From: a virus | Virus record (IMG/VR): IMGVR_UViG_3300008267_000018 | Location: 20,613 to 84,612 of that record | Length of the DNA stretch: 64,000 nt | Reading direction: 5' to 3' (one strand) | In this document: piece by piece, positions 1 to 9,581 of the stretch | How the letters are laid out: each line of letters begins with the position of its first letter | How positions within the stretch are numbered: position 1 is the first letter of the stretch | Translations under genes and position numbers: made by a program | The notes under the pieces: generated by a model | Seen by the model: only the letters and a program-made list of their open reading frames with translations | The model's database searches: none | What the model was told of the DNA's origin: nothing

Positions 1-133
1 GCGTGTTGATTTCCAGCTGCAGATTAAAGTCATCTACTGCGTGGTTGTGACAACTCATCTTGATGTGAGCATCTTCCAAATCAGAAGGAGCTTCAATCTT
101 TTGGTAGAAGGTCTCCGGGATATTCGGATGCAT
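1..133 (-). CDS. hypothetical protein, runs off the window edge
   Basis: ATG at 133 gives MHPNIPETFYQKIEAPSDLEDAHIK..., open to position 1; overlaps the end of the upstream gene. Confidence 0.6.
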   Translation of the reverse strand, partial: MHPNIPETFYQKIEAPSDLEDAHIKMSCHNHAVDDFNLQLEINT

Positions 134-794
134 CCAGCTCCACCCTTGGCTCGGAGTAGATGCGGCTTGTGCGTACCGCGTATTCTTGAGTGACTTTGAC
201 TCCGCTTGGGAGGGACTGACCGGCTTCGTACGCATTGCGGATGGCATCGAGATTTGGGAGTACTTCGTGTTTAGTTTTGGGTTCAGTCCTTTCAGCAAGG
301 ACTTCCCCTGTCATTGAACGTACCACAACATGCTTGGTCGTGGTGGTTTCTTGCTCAATGCAATACAGCTGTCGTTCTTCTGAGTTCCAAAACTCTGGAT
401 CGGACGTGATCTCAACGGTGAGATCCCTCTTCTTGGTTAGCGTAAACTGATAGTTCCTGCCCTGAATCTTATTAGATTCTTGTGGCAGGGAACGCCTGAG
501 CCAACTGATCAAACCCTTGAGGGATCGCAGTTGGGATTCATGATGACGTTTGGCCTGGGCAATGAGTTCCCCTTCTTTCTTGATGCGCTCAAGAGCATCC
601 TCATGGGCCGCCATAGCGTAATAGATACGGTCGACCTTCTCTGAACGGAGAGAGGCACAGGCCTCCAGCTCAGCTTGCGCCAGTTCCTGGGACTCAGGAG
701 TGAGGAGAGGAAGACTACGTTCCAGGGCACCATAGTGCTCGTAGAGTTTGAGAATGTTTAGATCCTTGAGTTTAACCTGTGTGATTTGAGTCAT
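93..794 (-). CDS. Siphovirus Gp157-like protein
   Basis: coiled coil KVDRIYYA..LERIKKE..AKRHHESQLRSLK and C-terminal PNLDAIRNAYEAGQSLPSG, as in Gp157. Confidence 0.7.
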   Translation of the reverse strand: MTQITQVKLKDLNILKLYEHYGALERSLPLLTPESQELAQAELEACASLRSEKVDRIYYAMAAHEDALERIKKEGELIAQAKRHHESQLRSLKGLISWLRRSLPQESNKIQGRNYQFTLTKKRDLTVEITSDPEFWNSEERQLYCIEQETTTTKHVVVRSMTGEVLAERTEPKTKHEVLPNLDAIRNAYEAGQSLPSGVKVTQEYAVRTSRIYSEPRVELDASEYPGDLLPKD

Positions 795-809
795 GGCTGT
801 TCAATTGAA

Positions 810-995
810 TCAGAGTTGACTGTTTAGTTTTTGCATGCGTTTTGTATAACGCTTTGCTTCACGTTCACGCATGCGTCTGTATTCTCGTGTTGACATTTGA
901 ACTGGCTTGTAATTTCCAGCATCACCACCAATAGCTTTTGTTTGTTGTTCTAAAAAACGATCAAGGCTAACCCGAGGATCAAGATCAAAGGACAT
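810..995 (-). CDS. hypothetical protein
   Basis: 61-aa ORF in operon orientation. Confidence 0.55.
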   Translation of the reverse strand: MSFDLDPRVSLDRFLEQQTKAIGGDAGNYKPVQMSTREYRRMREREAKRYTKRMQKLNSQL

Positions 996-998
996 TGC

Positions 999-1112
999 TT
1001 AATTAAAACAAGATTGAACTTTATTTAGTGCATAGGCCAGCAATGCTGCGGCTGCTGTCCAAAGAATATCTTTCATTACCGGAAGTACGGCAGCAAACAA
1101 GGATTCAAACAT
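999..1112 (-). CDS. small membrane peptide (37 aa, MFESLFAAVLPVMKDILWTAAAALLAYALNKVQSCFN)
   Basis: read manually; hydrophobic; preceded by an ACTCAACTC leader and pseudoknot copy 1. Confidence 0.6.
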   Translation of the reverse strand: MFESLFAAVLPVMKDILWTAAAALLAYALNKVQSCFN

Positions 1113-1131
1113 GAGTTGAGTGTATGGTTGG

Positions 1132-1159
1132 CGGTCAGTTTTACGTCATGACCAGGACG
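1132..1159 (-). ncRNA. leader pseudoknot, copy 1
   Basis: CGTC-CTGGTCAT-GACG-TAAAAC-TGACCG; loop TGGTCA pairs with TGACCG. Confidence 0.7.
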
Positions 1160-1164
1160 TTAGA

Positions 1165-1500
1165 TCACTCTGGTTTAGTCAGCAGTTCTTTGATAGCTTG
1201 GATTTCATCCATCAAGTCCTGGCGACTATATAACGTGAGTGAATCATAGGAACGCTCCACGATTTTTTCAGGGGCTTCAGTCTTCTGGATAATGCGAGCC
1301 TCATCATTGACATCGTACGTAACAGTCTCGTACATTCTCCAGATCACATCATGGGGCCAACCATTGAGGTCTACGTTTTCCTCAAGTGATGCACGAATGA
1401 GTGCATGCATTGTCTTGAAAAGAAACGTAGCCTTATCCTCAAAGATCTCAAGGTAACGATCTTCGTCAAGGCCGTAAGTGTCAATCGACATAGCAGTCAA
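1165..1500 (-). CDS. hypothetical protein
   Basis: 111-aa ORF coupled to its neighbours. Confidence 0.65.
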   Translation of the reverse strand: MTAMSIDTYGLDEDRYLEIFEDKATFLFKTMHALIRASLEENVDLNGWPHDVIWRMYETVTYDVNDEARIIQKTEAPEKIVERSYDSLTLYSRQDLMDEIQAIKELLTKPE

Positions 1501-1672
1501 GTGCGTTGGTTAATGCTTCAATGATAAAGGATTTTTGTCCTTTTTCACCAAGGTTTGTCCAGTATTCAAGATCTGGATCAGCATCATCCCACTCAATGCG
1601 GATGATGCAACCACCATCTTCTTCGTCAATCACAGTCACTTGCAACTTGTTTACCCAATTCGTGTTCAACAT
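1481..1672 (-). CDS. hypothetical protein
   Basis: 63-aa ORF in a chain of overlapping genes. Confidence 0.6.
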   Translation of the reverse strand: MLNTNWVNKLQVTVIDEEDGGCIIRIEWDDADPDLEYWTNLGEKGQKSFIIEALTNALDCYVD

Positions 1673-1811
1673 GAGCTTTTAATACCTCTTCGACATAGTC
1701 TTCTTGGTGCATCCTAAGTTCTGCGCCAAGTTTTACAAGACCCCAGTGGGTATCTTGATCTAGTTCAAGATCGTAACGGATTGTTGTTTTGGTGTGTAAG
1801 TTGTGCTTCAT
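1626..1811 (-). CDS. hypothetical protein, possibly ribbon-helix-helix-like
   Basis: 61-aa ORF with ATGA coupling to the upstream gene. Confidence 0.55.
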   Translation of the reverse strand: MKHNLHTKTTIRYDLELDQDTHWGLVKLGAELRMHQEDYVEEVLKAHVEHELGKQVASDCD

Positions 1812-2743
1812 TTCTTTTTGATTGCGGATTGCAGTTGTGACAATGCAGTACCAGGAAATGGTACATAGCCTGCCTCCATCATATTGAAAAACAAATCCCA
1901 GGCATGCCCTTGGTTGAATACCTCCGTTGGTTTGTACGTACGCCAGTGAGTCAATGGAGCCTGAGCACCAGACTTGGTATGCAGAAGTACAAACTTACCA
2001 TCACTGATGTGATCCTGAGGAGGTGCATACCACCATGCCACACACTTATCAGGTGTACCACTGGGCAATGCATTACGCACCTCAGTCCGCTTGCACAGCA
2101 GCTCACGGTATTTATGGAACCAAGTCAGGTGGATGCACCAGGGCTTGAATCCTTCGATCTCTTGTCGGAACAAATCCAAGTTGTTGAGCTGACGTTGAAA
2201 GGACCCGCATGAACAGAAAGGTTCAGGGACTTTGGACTCAGCTTGGTCCTCCACCAAGTCAGCGTCCATATCAATGGGCCGATTTGGAGCCCGCAACCCG
2301 TCCGGCGCAACCAAATGCCCCAGGTCCGTTTGGTCATTCTGGAGAAGAGCGATGACTTTATTGGGGTCAGATAAATGAATGAACTTGTCTGCCCAGTGTT
2401 GTTGGAGCTTGGCATTGGAAGTCAGGTGTCCGAGTGCGTGTGAGTAGTTCCAGCCCTTAAACATAACGTAAGCATTGTTATGCCATACACTAGGGCCACG
2501 GTAATTAGGACCAAGGTAAGAAAAGAAGTCTTTGAGTCGGTGAGTATACTGCTGGAACGCTGTCTTGATCAACGTCCGTTCATAAGCCTGCTCACTACCA
2601 TCACAACGCACCACAACACAATTGTCATCTCGCAGATAAATGCCAGAGATTTCGGTGTCATCAAAGTCTGCATACGCACGACGAATGTTGGACCGTGAAT
2701 AGATGAGGGCTTGAGCTGAGTTGAGTTCGGTTTGGAGTTGCAT
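1808..2743 (-). CDS. SWIM zinc-finger protein
   Basis: FCSCGSF...PWCIHL matches CxC-x(n)-CxH. Confidence 0.7.
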   Translation of the reverse strand: MQLQTELNSAQALIYSRSNIRRAYADFDDTEISGIYLRDDNCVVVRCDGSEQAYERTLIKTAFQQYTHRLKDFFSYLGPNYRGPSVWHNNAYVMFKGWNYSHALGHLTSNAKLQQHWADKFIHLSDPNKVIALLQNDQTDLGHLVAPDGLRAPNRPIDMDADLVEDQAESKVPEPFCSCGSFQRQLNNLDLFRQEIEGFKPWCIHLTWFHKYRELLCKRTEVRNALPSGTPDKCVAWWYAPPQDHISDGKFVLLHTKSGAQAPLTHWRTYKPTEVFNQGHAWDLFFNMMEAGYVPFPGTALSQLQSAIKKK

Positions 2744-2757
2744 GAGTCTGAGTTGAG

Positions 2758-2961
2758 TTAGATGAAGAGATCAGCGTCCTGGTCCCTGTCGTGAAGTGTA
2801 TCACGATACTTGGTCCGCTTGTAGGCCAAGCGCGCCATCCGATACGTTCCGTAAAGAACGCCAGCCCAGCATACAGGACTACCAATGGCCAAGGCAACCA
2901 CTCCTGCTATGGCAGCAGTTGCGGCACCATCTTTGATTGCAGCTTTTTCTTCAGGTTTCAT
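2758..2961 (-). CDS. small membrane protein
   Basis: hydrophobic segment AATAAIAGVVALAIGSPVCWAGVLYG. Confidence 0.6.
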   Translation of the reverse strand: MKPEEKAAIKDGAATAAIAGVVALAIGSPVCWAGVLYGTYRMARLAYKRTKYRDTLHDRDQDADLFI

Positions 2962-3040
2962 TTGTGATTGTTAATACATTTTGAAGTTTTGATCTAGGGT
3001 TTACTATAGATGTAACCTATGGATGCCAACTGAATAAGCC

Positions 3041-3292
3041 ATGGAAGAAATCAAATACGTACCATTAACTAAATTTCAAATTGAACCAACGCTTGATGAT
3101 AAGTTTTGGCTAGAAAAAATCAAACGATCAATTGAAGATTGCAATTCAGTAAGTACCTTAAAAGAAATGGCGACCTTGCTTGCGCAGATCGCCACTCAAC
3201 GTCAAGGTGTGATTAGGGGATTAGTACAAGACATGTTTATTTTTAACGGCATTGCAATCAATCAAGATGACATTGCCAACCCTCCGACTTAG
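3041..3292 (+). CDS. NblA-like protein (divergent)
   Basis: TLDDKFWLEKIKRSIEDCNSVSTLKEMATLLAQIATQRQGVIRGLV fits the NblA helix-loop-helix pattern; oriented against its neighbours. Confidence 0.55.
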   Translation: MEEIKYVPLTKFQIEPTLDDKFWLEKIKRSIEDCNSVSTLKEMATLLAQIATQRQGVIRGLVQDMFIFNGIAINQDDIANPPT

Positions 3293-3707
3293 CTTCTGCA
3301 ATTAAACGAAAAACGGTTCTTTTGTTGTAACCAACATGTTTTGCAATCACATGGACAGCAGTACCTTCTTGTTTCATTTTTAAAATTGTTTTTCTTGTTT
3401 CAAAAGTACATTTTTTTGGATGGGTTCCATGGCGCTTTTTATTGTTCATATCATTTAAATTATCTAATTGTGTTCCAAGTTTTAAATGAAGTGGATTGCA
3501 ACACAATCGTACATCGCATACATGCATAACAACTTTCCCTTTAGGAATAGGACCATAAAAATGCGAGTAAGTCCACCTATGGGCTAGTCTACTCACAGGG
3601 TTTGTAGGCATTTGGCCATAGCCTGCACCCATAGTAGAGCCAAGAAAAGGCCAGCATGAAGCTGGCCCGCCCTCAGAATCAATGAGACTGAGAAAATAAT
3701 AACTCAC
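3258..3707 (-). mobile_element. free-standing HNH homing endonuclease with C-terminal HTH
   Basis: CWPFLG..GYG..AHRWTY..GPIPKGKVVMHVCDVRLCCNPLHL; AT-rich. Confidence 0.85.
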
Positions 3708-4720
3708 AAGCTATTGTCCTCCCCAGTTAAAAGGTCACGAGAAGGTAATGCCTTGACTTCTACTTCATTCAATGTACGAGACACTGGAAGAACCTGCACG
3801 CCTTCTTTCATTCCATATGCTCCATTAAGTTTTTGAGCATCTTGTTTAGCATGGATGTTAATGTAATCACTGAACAGTTCCTGGAACTTCCAAGTAGATT
3901 CACGATCTTCATCAGGAATCGACATGCGATTCAAAGATTCGACCGCCTCTTCTTGGTTGCTGTAACCAGGAATGTCAAAAGATTCAATTGCACAGATCTC
4001 AACGTTGTTGGCTCCGCGCATCTCATTGGCAAGTACTGGAGCAAATACGGTAGTTGCATAGAACTTTTCATTAAAGCTCAGCGGTACTTCAGCATCCAGT
4101 GCTTTGCTCAAGCACTTGGACATTTCCTTTTCGTACAGCTTGACCTTGTCGCTAACGTCAGTACCATTCAATCCCTTTAGTGTAAGCACCATCGGAATCT
4201 TGTGGGCACGCTTGTTGTCCTGCGTAAGGATATACACCAGGTACTTTGTACGTACACTGTACTTACGCTTGTACATCTCACCTTTGCTGTTGGCAAGATC
4301 AGATGCAATCTTGTCAGCCTCAAACAATTCCTTGGTACTGGGATCATCAAACGTACCAATCGTCTGCCTCATCCCCGTGGTTTCCTCAACCATGAGGGGA
4401 GAACGTAGAAGGATTTGAATACGAGGCTCAACAAAATTGAGTCCTTCTTCCACTGAAGTGTTGGGAGCCATGCCGAAAGTTTGCTTGTAGTTCCAGATAA
4501 CTGAACCTTTAGCAAACTGATCTTCAGTGGCACTCCATCCGCAAGTGTCCAGATCTGAGTTCCGCACGAACCAACCTCTAGTCTTGGACTTGTTGAGGGG
4601 CTGGATAGTAACGAGGTTCTGGTACCCCGAAACAAATTCTTTGGATTGAAAAAGTTTGAAAGAATCGAGGCCACGTGTAGCAAGCGCAGAAGTTTTCTTC
4701 GTAGTCATGGAAGCAGTCAT
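3704..4720 (-). CDS. DUF5895-like protein
   Basis: 338 aa near SSB; PRIQILLRSPL and YLVYILTQDNKRAHKIPMVLTLKG motifs. Confidence 0.55.
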   Translation of the reverse strand: MTASMTTKKTSALATRGLDSFKLFQSKEFVSGYQNLVTIQPLNKSKTRGWFVRNSDLDTCGWSATEDQFAKGSVIWNYKQTFGMAPNTSVEEGLNFVEPRIQILLRSPLMVEETTGMRQTIGTFDDPSTKELFEADKIASDLANSKGEMYKRKYSVRTKYLVYILTQDNKRAHKIPMVLTLKGLNGTDVSDKVKLYEKEMSKCLSKALDAEVPLSFNEKFYATTVFAPVLANEMRGANNVEICAIESFDIPGYSNQEEAVESLNRMSIPDEDRESTWKFQELFSDYINIHAKQDAQKLNGAYGMKEGVQVLPVSRTLNEVEVKALPSRDLLTGEDNSL

Positions 4721-4742
4721 GATGTGTTCAGGGTTTGGGCGT

Positions 4743-4769
4743 GGACGCTTTTAACGCCATCCCGAGGCG
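4743..4769 (-). ncRNA. leader pseudoknot, copy 2
   Basis: CGCC-TCGGGAT-GGCG-TTAAAAGC-GTCC. Confidence 0.55.
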
Positions 4770-4774
4770 GTGAT

Positions 4775-5014
4775 CTATGCTAGATCCTTGCAGGCATCTG
4801 CGTCATAAAGAGCGCGTGCTTTTGACAAAGCTTCACGTTCATCAATGGTTTCCTGGAACGCAGAGTAGATACTGTCTTCGTGGTAACCACAACCCTTCAT
4901 AAACATTACGAAGTGCTCAAGGATCTCATCAGTAGTAACACCATCGCTTTGGAATACGATGGTGTAATCTTCTTCTTCCAAAGTAAACTTCATCCGTTGA
5001 TCAGCTTTTGACAT
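4775..5014 (-). CDS. hypothetical protein
   Basis: ILEHFVMFMKGCGY motif, common in small cyanophage proteins; start adjusted to ATG 5014. Confidence 0.6.
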   Translation of the reverse strand: MSKADQRMKFTLEEEDYTIVFQSDGVTTDEILEHFVMFMKGCGYHEDSIYSAFQETIDEREALSKARALYDADACKDLA

Positions 5015-5225
5015 TGGTTTTCTCATTGTTAGATTCAAGCTGAAGCTTGCGTGCTTCAGTAAAAATTTCTGCAATTAAATAAGAAGACCTGGCGAGTGTT
5101 GCAACTGTTTGCGCAAACTCTTCTCCGCTTTGTTCTTTGTCTTGGAAAAAAGTGTTTATGTTTTCCATGAAAAACTCATAAGCCATTGCATCAAGAAGGC
5201 TTAGGTTGGTAATTTCAAGTGACAT
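5001..5225 (-). CDS. hypothetical protein
   Basis: 74-aa ORF in operon. Confidence 0.6.
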   Translation of the reverse strand: MSLEITNLSLLDAMAYEFFMENINTFFQDKEQSGEEFAQTVATLARSSYLIAEIFTEARKLQLESNNEKTNVKS

Positions 5226-5230
5226 GGTAA

Positions 5231-6046
5231 TCAGAAAGGAACTTCTTCGAGGTTGGGAGCAGAACCGTATTGACCAGGGAGTTCAGGTAGGCCACCTCCC
5301 GATGCTTGGTTCCAAGGATCAGTTGATTCTTCTAATGTGCGACCACCCCAAAGAGTAGACACATTCTCCGGCGTGCTTACCGTAGTCTGTGATTTGATTT
5401 CCCTTGGCTGATCATTCACATTTCCTTTGGGTGCAAGGGTCATGTTTACCAATTGAATCTTGGTTTGAACACGCTTTTCATTTGTGGTTTGATCGGTCCA
5501 CGCATCAGTAACAAGCCGACCTTTAATGGTAAGACCCACGCCTTTACGCGTAAAGTTCACCAACAGTTCTGCGTTGTTCAACTTATCTTCATGCGAGTTG
5601 ATCGCATAAAAGTTAAAGAGATCAGCTTGGTTACGACCAGTGCTAACCGACAACGTTTGGTTGCAGATCATCAAGCCAGTTGATGTGGTCTTGAATGCAC
5701 GTGCATCTTCACGGTCAATGTCTTTAACACAGCGACCAGCAAGGATCACATCATTGATGATTGGAAACTCATCATTGACCTGGTGGATAATTCCACCATG
5801 AAGTGAATGTGTTTTGGATTCAAGATCATAACGAATCTTGGCGCCATAAATAAACACCAAAGATTTTTCTTTCAGCCTGGAGAAACGCTCAGCAGTTTTG
5901 CCATAGACATTGAGTTGAATTGGAGTTGGTGCTTTGTTTCCTACGGGAGGAAGCAGTACCATGCAACGCATGGCAGTAGAGGATGCGCTGATGTAAACCT
6001 CGCGTGGAGTTTCATTCAGCTGAGCACAAACGCAGACGTGATTCAT
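5231..6046 (-). CDS. ssb: single-stranded DNA-binding protein with two OB-fold halves
   Basis: VILAGR..D, FTRKGVGLTIKGRLVTDAWTD and acidic C-terminus EEVPF. Confidence 0.8.
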   Translation of the reverse strand: MNHVCVCAQLNETPREVYISASSTAMRCMVLLPPVGNKAPTPIQLNVYGKTAERFSRLKEKSLVFIYGAKIRYDLESKTHSLHGGIIHQVNDEFPIINDVILAGRCVKDIDREDARAFKTTSTGLMICNQTLSVSTGRNQADLFNFYAINSHEDKLNNAELLVNFTRKGVGLTIKGRLVTDAWTDQTTNEKRVQTKIQLVNMTLAPKGNVNDQPREIKSQTTVSTPENVSTLWGGRTLEESTDPWNQASGGGLPELPGQYGSAPNLEEVPF

Positions 6047-6068
6047 TAACTTGAGAAGTTAGGTGTTA

Positions 6069-6095
6069 AGGCAGTTTAACGTCATACCTGGGACG
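6069..6095 (-). ncRNA. leader pseudoknot, copy 3 (upstream of ssb)
   Basis: CGTC-CCAGGTAT-GACG-TTAAAC-TGCCT. Confidence 0.7.
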
Positions 6096-6109
6096 AATCA
6101 AACAAATAC

Positions 6110-7975
6110 TCAGTGAGTCTCAGCCCAACTGTACCCAATCCTAGAGTCGCCTTCAATCTTGCAACGAAAATTAAAGAAGTCTCCAGCAGCTGGGAAAGCA
6201 ATCATAGCCTGCTCCCTGATTTGATTTGTGTACACAGGATTACAAACAAGTTGAATCTCATCATGGACCATCAAGACTTGCTCCCAATCCTTGCCGTGCA
6301 CCAAGCCAAGGTTCTGTTCAATGTTGTTGTGAATGGTTACAACAACTTGCTTCATGATGATTGCACCAGCTGATTGCAATAAAACATTCAATCCTTTAAA
6401 CGCAGAACGGCAATGCAACGTACGTTTATCTAATCCATATAAATAGTTGCGTGTTGAAATGTTGTTTTCAATCTCACGCTTTAATCTTTTCAATGCTGGC
6501 ACGCCATCCATGAATGAATTGATTGCAGTACTTCCTAGTTTGCGCAGAACAAATTCATCTTTTTCATTCGGATCAATAATCGTACCAGCCTTGACTGATC
6601 CACATCCATACAACATTCCATACAGCAAACGCTTACTGATGTCCCTGGTCTCTACGCCAAATTGTTTTTGGTTGTAGATATGAATGTCACCAGTTGGATC
6701 TGTTACAAGTTCTGCATACTCACCGTTATCCCAAATTGCTAAGTACCCGGCAAGGCACCTAAGCTCCAAAGCTTTAGCATCGATCCCAATAAGATCCCAA
6801 CCATCAGGAGCATGGAATAGTGAACGGCATTCTTTTCCATAAGGTGAATAACCTGCTGGCACCTGGCCCATGTTTGGTGATCGGTGTGCACAACGACCCG
6901 TAATGCATCCGTTGGTAATCACGTCACCATGCATCCGTCCGTTCTCATTGTTGACAAGCTTGAGCCAAGCATTGTTACCATCAGCAATCTGACCAAGACG
7001 TTTCTTGATCAGCATGTATTCAGCTAATGGCTTCGCTTCTGCATACGGAAGTGCTCCGAGTATATCGTCATCAAGAGTTGGATTGCCTTTCTCAGTAGTT
7101 TTCTCTGGAACCCACCCGTATTTTTGTTGTAAGCGATCAACAATTTGCGCACGAGATCCAGGATTAAATTCTTCGTACGTGACTTTAATAAACGGCTCGC
7201 CCTTGACATACCCACGTTTAGTGTTGTTGACCTTTGGGACAAAGACCGTTTCATGTTTGATGGGCGGGAAGATTTGTTTCAGATGTTTAACAAGTTCCTC
7301 TTCCTTTGCTCGGAGATCATCCACCAAATCAATAGCAGCATCCACATCGAAAGGAATACCCGCTCTAATTTGTCGGTTAATCGCCAAGGCAAAGTCATGC
7401 TCAAGCTTGAGCGCAGCTTGCTGGTAGTTCTGCTTGACGGTATGCTCCCAAAGTTTCTTTGTGACTTGAACGTCCTGGACACAGTAGTCCAACATCTCCT
7501 GGGAATACTCTTTGAAATCTTTGAAGTCAATCTTGTGATCAGCGAGACGCCAACCCCAGGCTTTGAGCGAAGCTGAACCCCGCAAGTTCTTTGGAACCTG
7601 CGGATATTGTTCGATGTCAAGGTCATAGAGAAGTTCTTTGGGCCAGATGAGTCGTGTGCAGATGAGTGTGTCAATGACACGTGCGTTGTGTTTGAATTCG
7701 GGATACAGCTTTTCTAATACTGGTAGGTCATAGAAGATCACGTTGTGGCCAATGAGTACATCAGCGGTTGCCAGATGATCAAGAGCAGCAGCAATACGAT
7801 CAGGCCCATAAGTAAAAGTTTGTTGGGCTGTGATGTCATGAATGACAATGCAATGGGTCAGTGTGACCTTGTCATAAAGATTATTAGTCTCAATGTCAAA
7901 GATCAGCCAACGCTCATTTACGGAATCGGGCTTCATCTTGAATTGAGAGTTCTTCGCGAGAAAGGTCTTCGTCAT
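6110..7975 (-). CDS. DNA polymerase family A, T7 gp5-like, with 3'-5' exonuclease
   Basis: FDIET, GHN..YD, YCVQD exonuclease motifs; DAKALELRCLA (motif A), KRLLYGMLYG (motif B, Tyr as in T7), VHDE (motif C); start may be M15. Confidence 0.95.
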   Translation of the reverse strand: MTKTFLAKNSQFKMKPDSVNERWLIFDIETNNLYDKVTLTHCIVIHDITAQQTFTYGPDRIAAALDHLATADVLIGHNVIFYDLPVLEKLYPEFKHNARVIDTLICTRLIWPKELLYDLDIEQYPQVPKNLRGSASLKAWGWRLADHKIDFKDFKEYSQEMLDYCVQDVQVTKKLWEHTVKQNYQQAALKLEHDFALAINRQIRAGIPFDVDAAIDLVDDLRAKEEELVKHLKQIFPPIKHETVFVPKVNNTKRGYVKGEPFIKVTYEEFNPGSRAQIVDRLQQKYGWVPEKTTEKGNPTLDDDILGALPYAEAKPLAEYMLIKKRLGQIADGNNAWLKLVNNENGRMHGDVITNGCITGRCAHRSPNMGQVPAGYSPYGKECRSLFHAPDGWDLIGIDAKALELRCLAGYLAIWDNGEYAELVTDPTGDIHIYNQKQFGVETRDISKRLLYGMLYGCGSVKAGTIIDPNEKDEFVLRKLGSTAINSFMDGVPALKRLKREIENNISTRNYLYGLDKRTLHCRSAFKGLNVLLQSAGAIIMKQVVVTIHNNIEQNLGLVHGKDWEQVLMVHDEIQLVCNPVYTNQIREQAMIAFPAAGDFFNFRCKIEGDSRIGYSWAETH

Positions 7976-8147
7976 TCTTGTTAATCCACGTCAAGACTTG
8001 CTGTGCACCCGCACGATACGGATGAGAGAAGATCTTGTTAAGAGCTACGTCAGAGTCTAACGGAATTAATTCAAATGAATTGGATTGGTTGCACGCAGTT
8101 ATTGCGTGAGGTAATCCATCTTTCCATGTAGCAATGACGTAGCTCAT
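7914..8147 (-). CDS. hypothetical protein
   Basis: 77-aa ORF overlapping the polymerase start. Confidence 0.6.
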   Translation of the reverse strand: MSYVIATWKDGLPHAITACNQSNSFELIPLDSDVALNKIFSHPYRAGAQQVLTWINKNDEDLSREELSIQDEARFRK

Positions 8148-8203
8148 CGGAATAAAACAAGAACGGTCAGATGTTAACCGATCTATTTAATTATGCAAGT
8201 ATC

Positions 8204-8971
8204 TTAAGATTCTTTTTTGAATGTCTTGCCATAGCCAACGAAGCCACCATCCTTCTTGCGTTGTGTAACAGCTTGCATAGCCTCAGATCCAGCACGCTGG
8301 CTACCGTGCACCAAAAGTGCAAATGGTTTGTCACCAAGGCAATGGCTGTCGTCATGATCAATCTCAAGACCCAGCTCTGCCGCTTGCTCTTCCGTATATA
8401 CAACGTAAGCAACCCGCTGGAACACATCGCTGTACTTGGGGATCAAGTAGTCGAGTGTCCCACCGGAAGATGCAGTGAGATAGAAGTTGGATGGGATTTG
8501 ATCACGCAGGTTATACCACATACCAAGAGACTTGGTATAAGCATAGAACGTTTGCTTAGGTCGCTGGGCAGCAGCCATCAGCCAAGCACGCATGTAGTTC
8601 TCAGTCCAGAAGTCACCAGACTCATGGACACGTACCAGTTTTTTTGGTGCTTGTAATGTGAGCGATAGGTCGATCAGGTCACGAAGCAACATAGCCTGGT
8701 TCCCATTGGAGTGGATGACCTCACGAATGAGATCCCAGTTGTGCCATCGTGCCGCACGAACGTTGGGCCGCACCTCTGCCATGGCAGCAAAGCAACGGAA
8801 CTCATCTGCTTCTGTGCCCGTGTACTGGGGCAGATCGGTAATGAGTCCGGTGACACGGTCAGCAAATGTCTTACAGACACCAGCGTGTGGGCATGAGTGA
8901 CCAGCAGGCAGCGAGAAGATCAAACGATTCTTGAGCTTGCCGTTGCCGTTGGAGAATTTAAGGAGTTTCAT
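8204..8971 (-). CDS. gene product 88 (GP88)-like protein
   Basis: GNGKL..FSLPAG.SCP.AG.C...CFA, RVHESGDF, FYAYTKS. Confidence 0.75.
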   Translation of the reverse strand: MKLLKFSNGNGKLKNRLIFSLPAGHSCPHAGVCKTFADRVTGLITDLPQYTGTEADEFRCFAAMAEVRPNVRAARWHNWDLIREVIHSNGNQAMLLRDLIDLSLTLQAPKKLVRVHESGDFWTENYMRAWLMAAAQRPKQTFYAYTKSLGMWYNLRDQIPSNFYLTASSGGTLDYLIPKYSDVFQRVAYVVYTEEQAAELGLEIDHDDSHCLGDKPFALLVHGSQRAGSEAMQAVTQRKKDGGFVGYGKTFKKES

Positions 8972-9003
8972 TGGTGTTGAATGTGATTGATTAGTAGAAC
9001 TGA

Positions 9004-9031
9004 TGAATGAGTTTAGGGACATCTCAGGTCC
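9004..9031 (-). ncRNA. leader pseudoknot, copy 4
   Basis: GGAC-CTGAGAT-GTCC-CTAAA-CTCATTCA. Confidence 0.6.
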
Positions 9032-9104
9032 GTATCCCGTACAGGAATATTACCAGATCCCCTGCGCCGCAAGGGATTTGGTGCTACGATTCGGTCGTAG
9101 TTTT

Positions 9105-9329
9105 TTAGGAGTCACTAGGCATTCCGTCGCCGGTGGACGGCGGGCAGGTCAGTACGCGAGAGTGCTCACCATCCACCACCTCAATCACACCAGACATCAA
9201 GTCATCTGGTACAAAGTTCAAGGCATTGCGGATGTAGAGCATTGAGTCCGTGTACTCACGTCCATCCAATCCACCTAAAGCAATAGCTTCCCAGTGTTCA
9301 ATAGCTAGTTCTTTAATTGAGTATTCCAT
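9105..9329 (-). CDS. hypothetical protein
   Basis: 74-aa ORF. Confidence 0.55.
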   Translation of the reverse strand: MEYSIKELAIEHWEAIALGGLDGREYTDSMLYIRNALNFVPDDLMSGVIEVVDGEHSRVLTCPPSTGDGMPSDS

Positions 9330-9581
9330 TTAAATACAAGAACTCTTTTCATCTTGTTCCAGTTCTTTTATTAAGTCTTCAACGACATGAGAGGGAATGC
9401 AGTGTGGTGTTTCCACCCAGTCCTCACCGTAATAAGTTGTCTCTTCGGAATTCATGAGTTGCTTCAAAGCTGCGGCAACAGCATAGCGATGCCAATACGC
9501 TCTATCTTGTTGATGACTATCCCAAAAAACCTGCATGATTTTTCTTGTCAATTTTTGAATAGCAGTAAATTTTTTGGTCAT
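9330..9581 (-). CDS. hypothetical protein
   Basis: 83-aa ORF coupled to thyX. Confidence 0.6.
   Translation of the reverse strand: MTKKFTAIQKLTRKIMQVFWDSHQQDRAYWHRYAVAAALKQLMNSEETTYYGEDWVETPHCIPSHVVEDLIKELEQDEKSSCI

Noticed and set aside
3258-3730. A duplicated gene tail around the first HNH gene
   Set aside because: I found no convincing peptide-level copy of the DUF5895 end (TGEDNSL*) or the NblA-like end on the other side. It may have eroded, so it is not counted.
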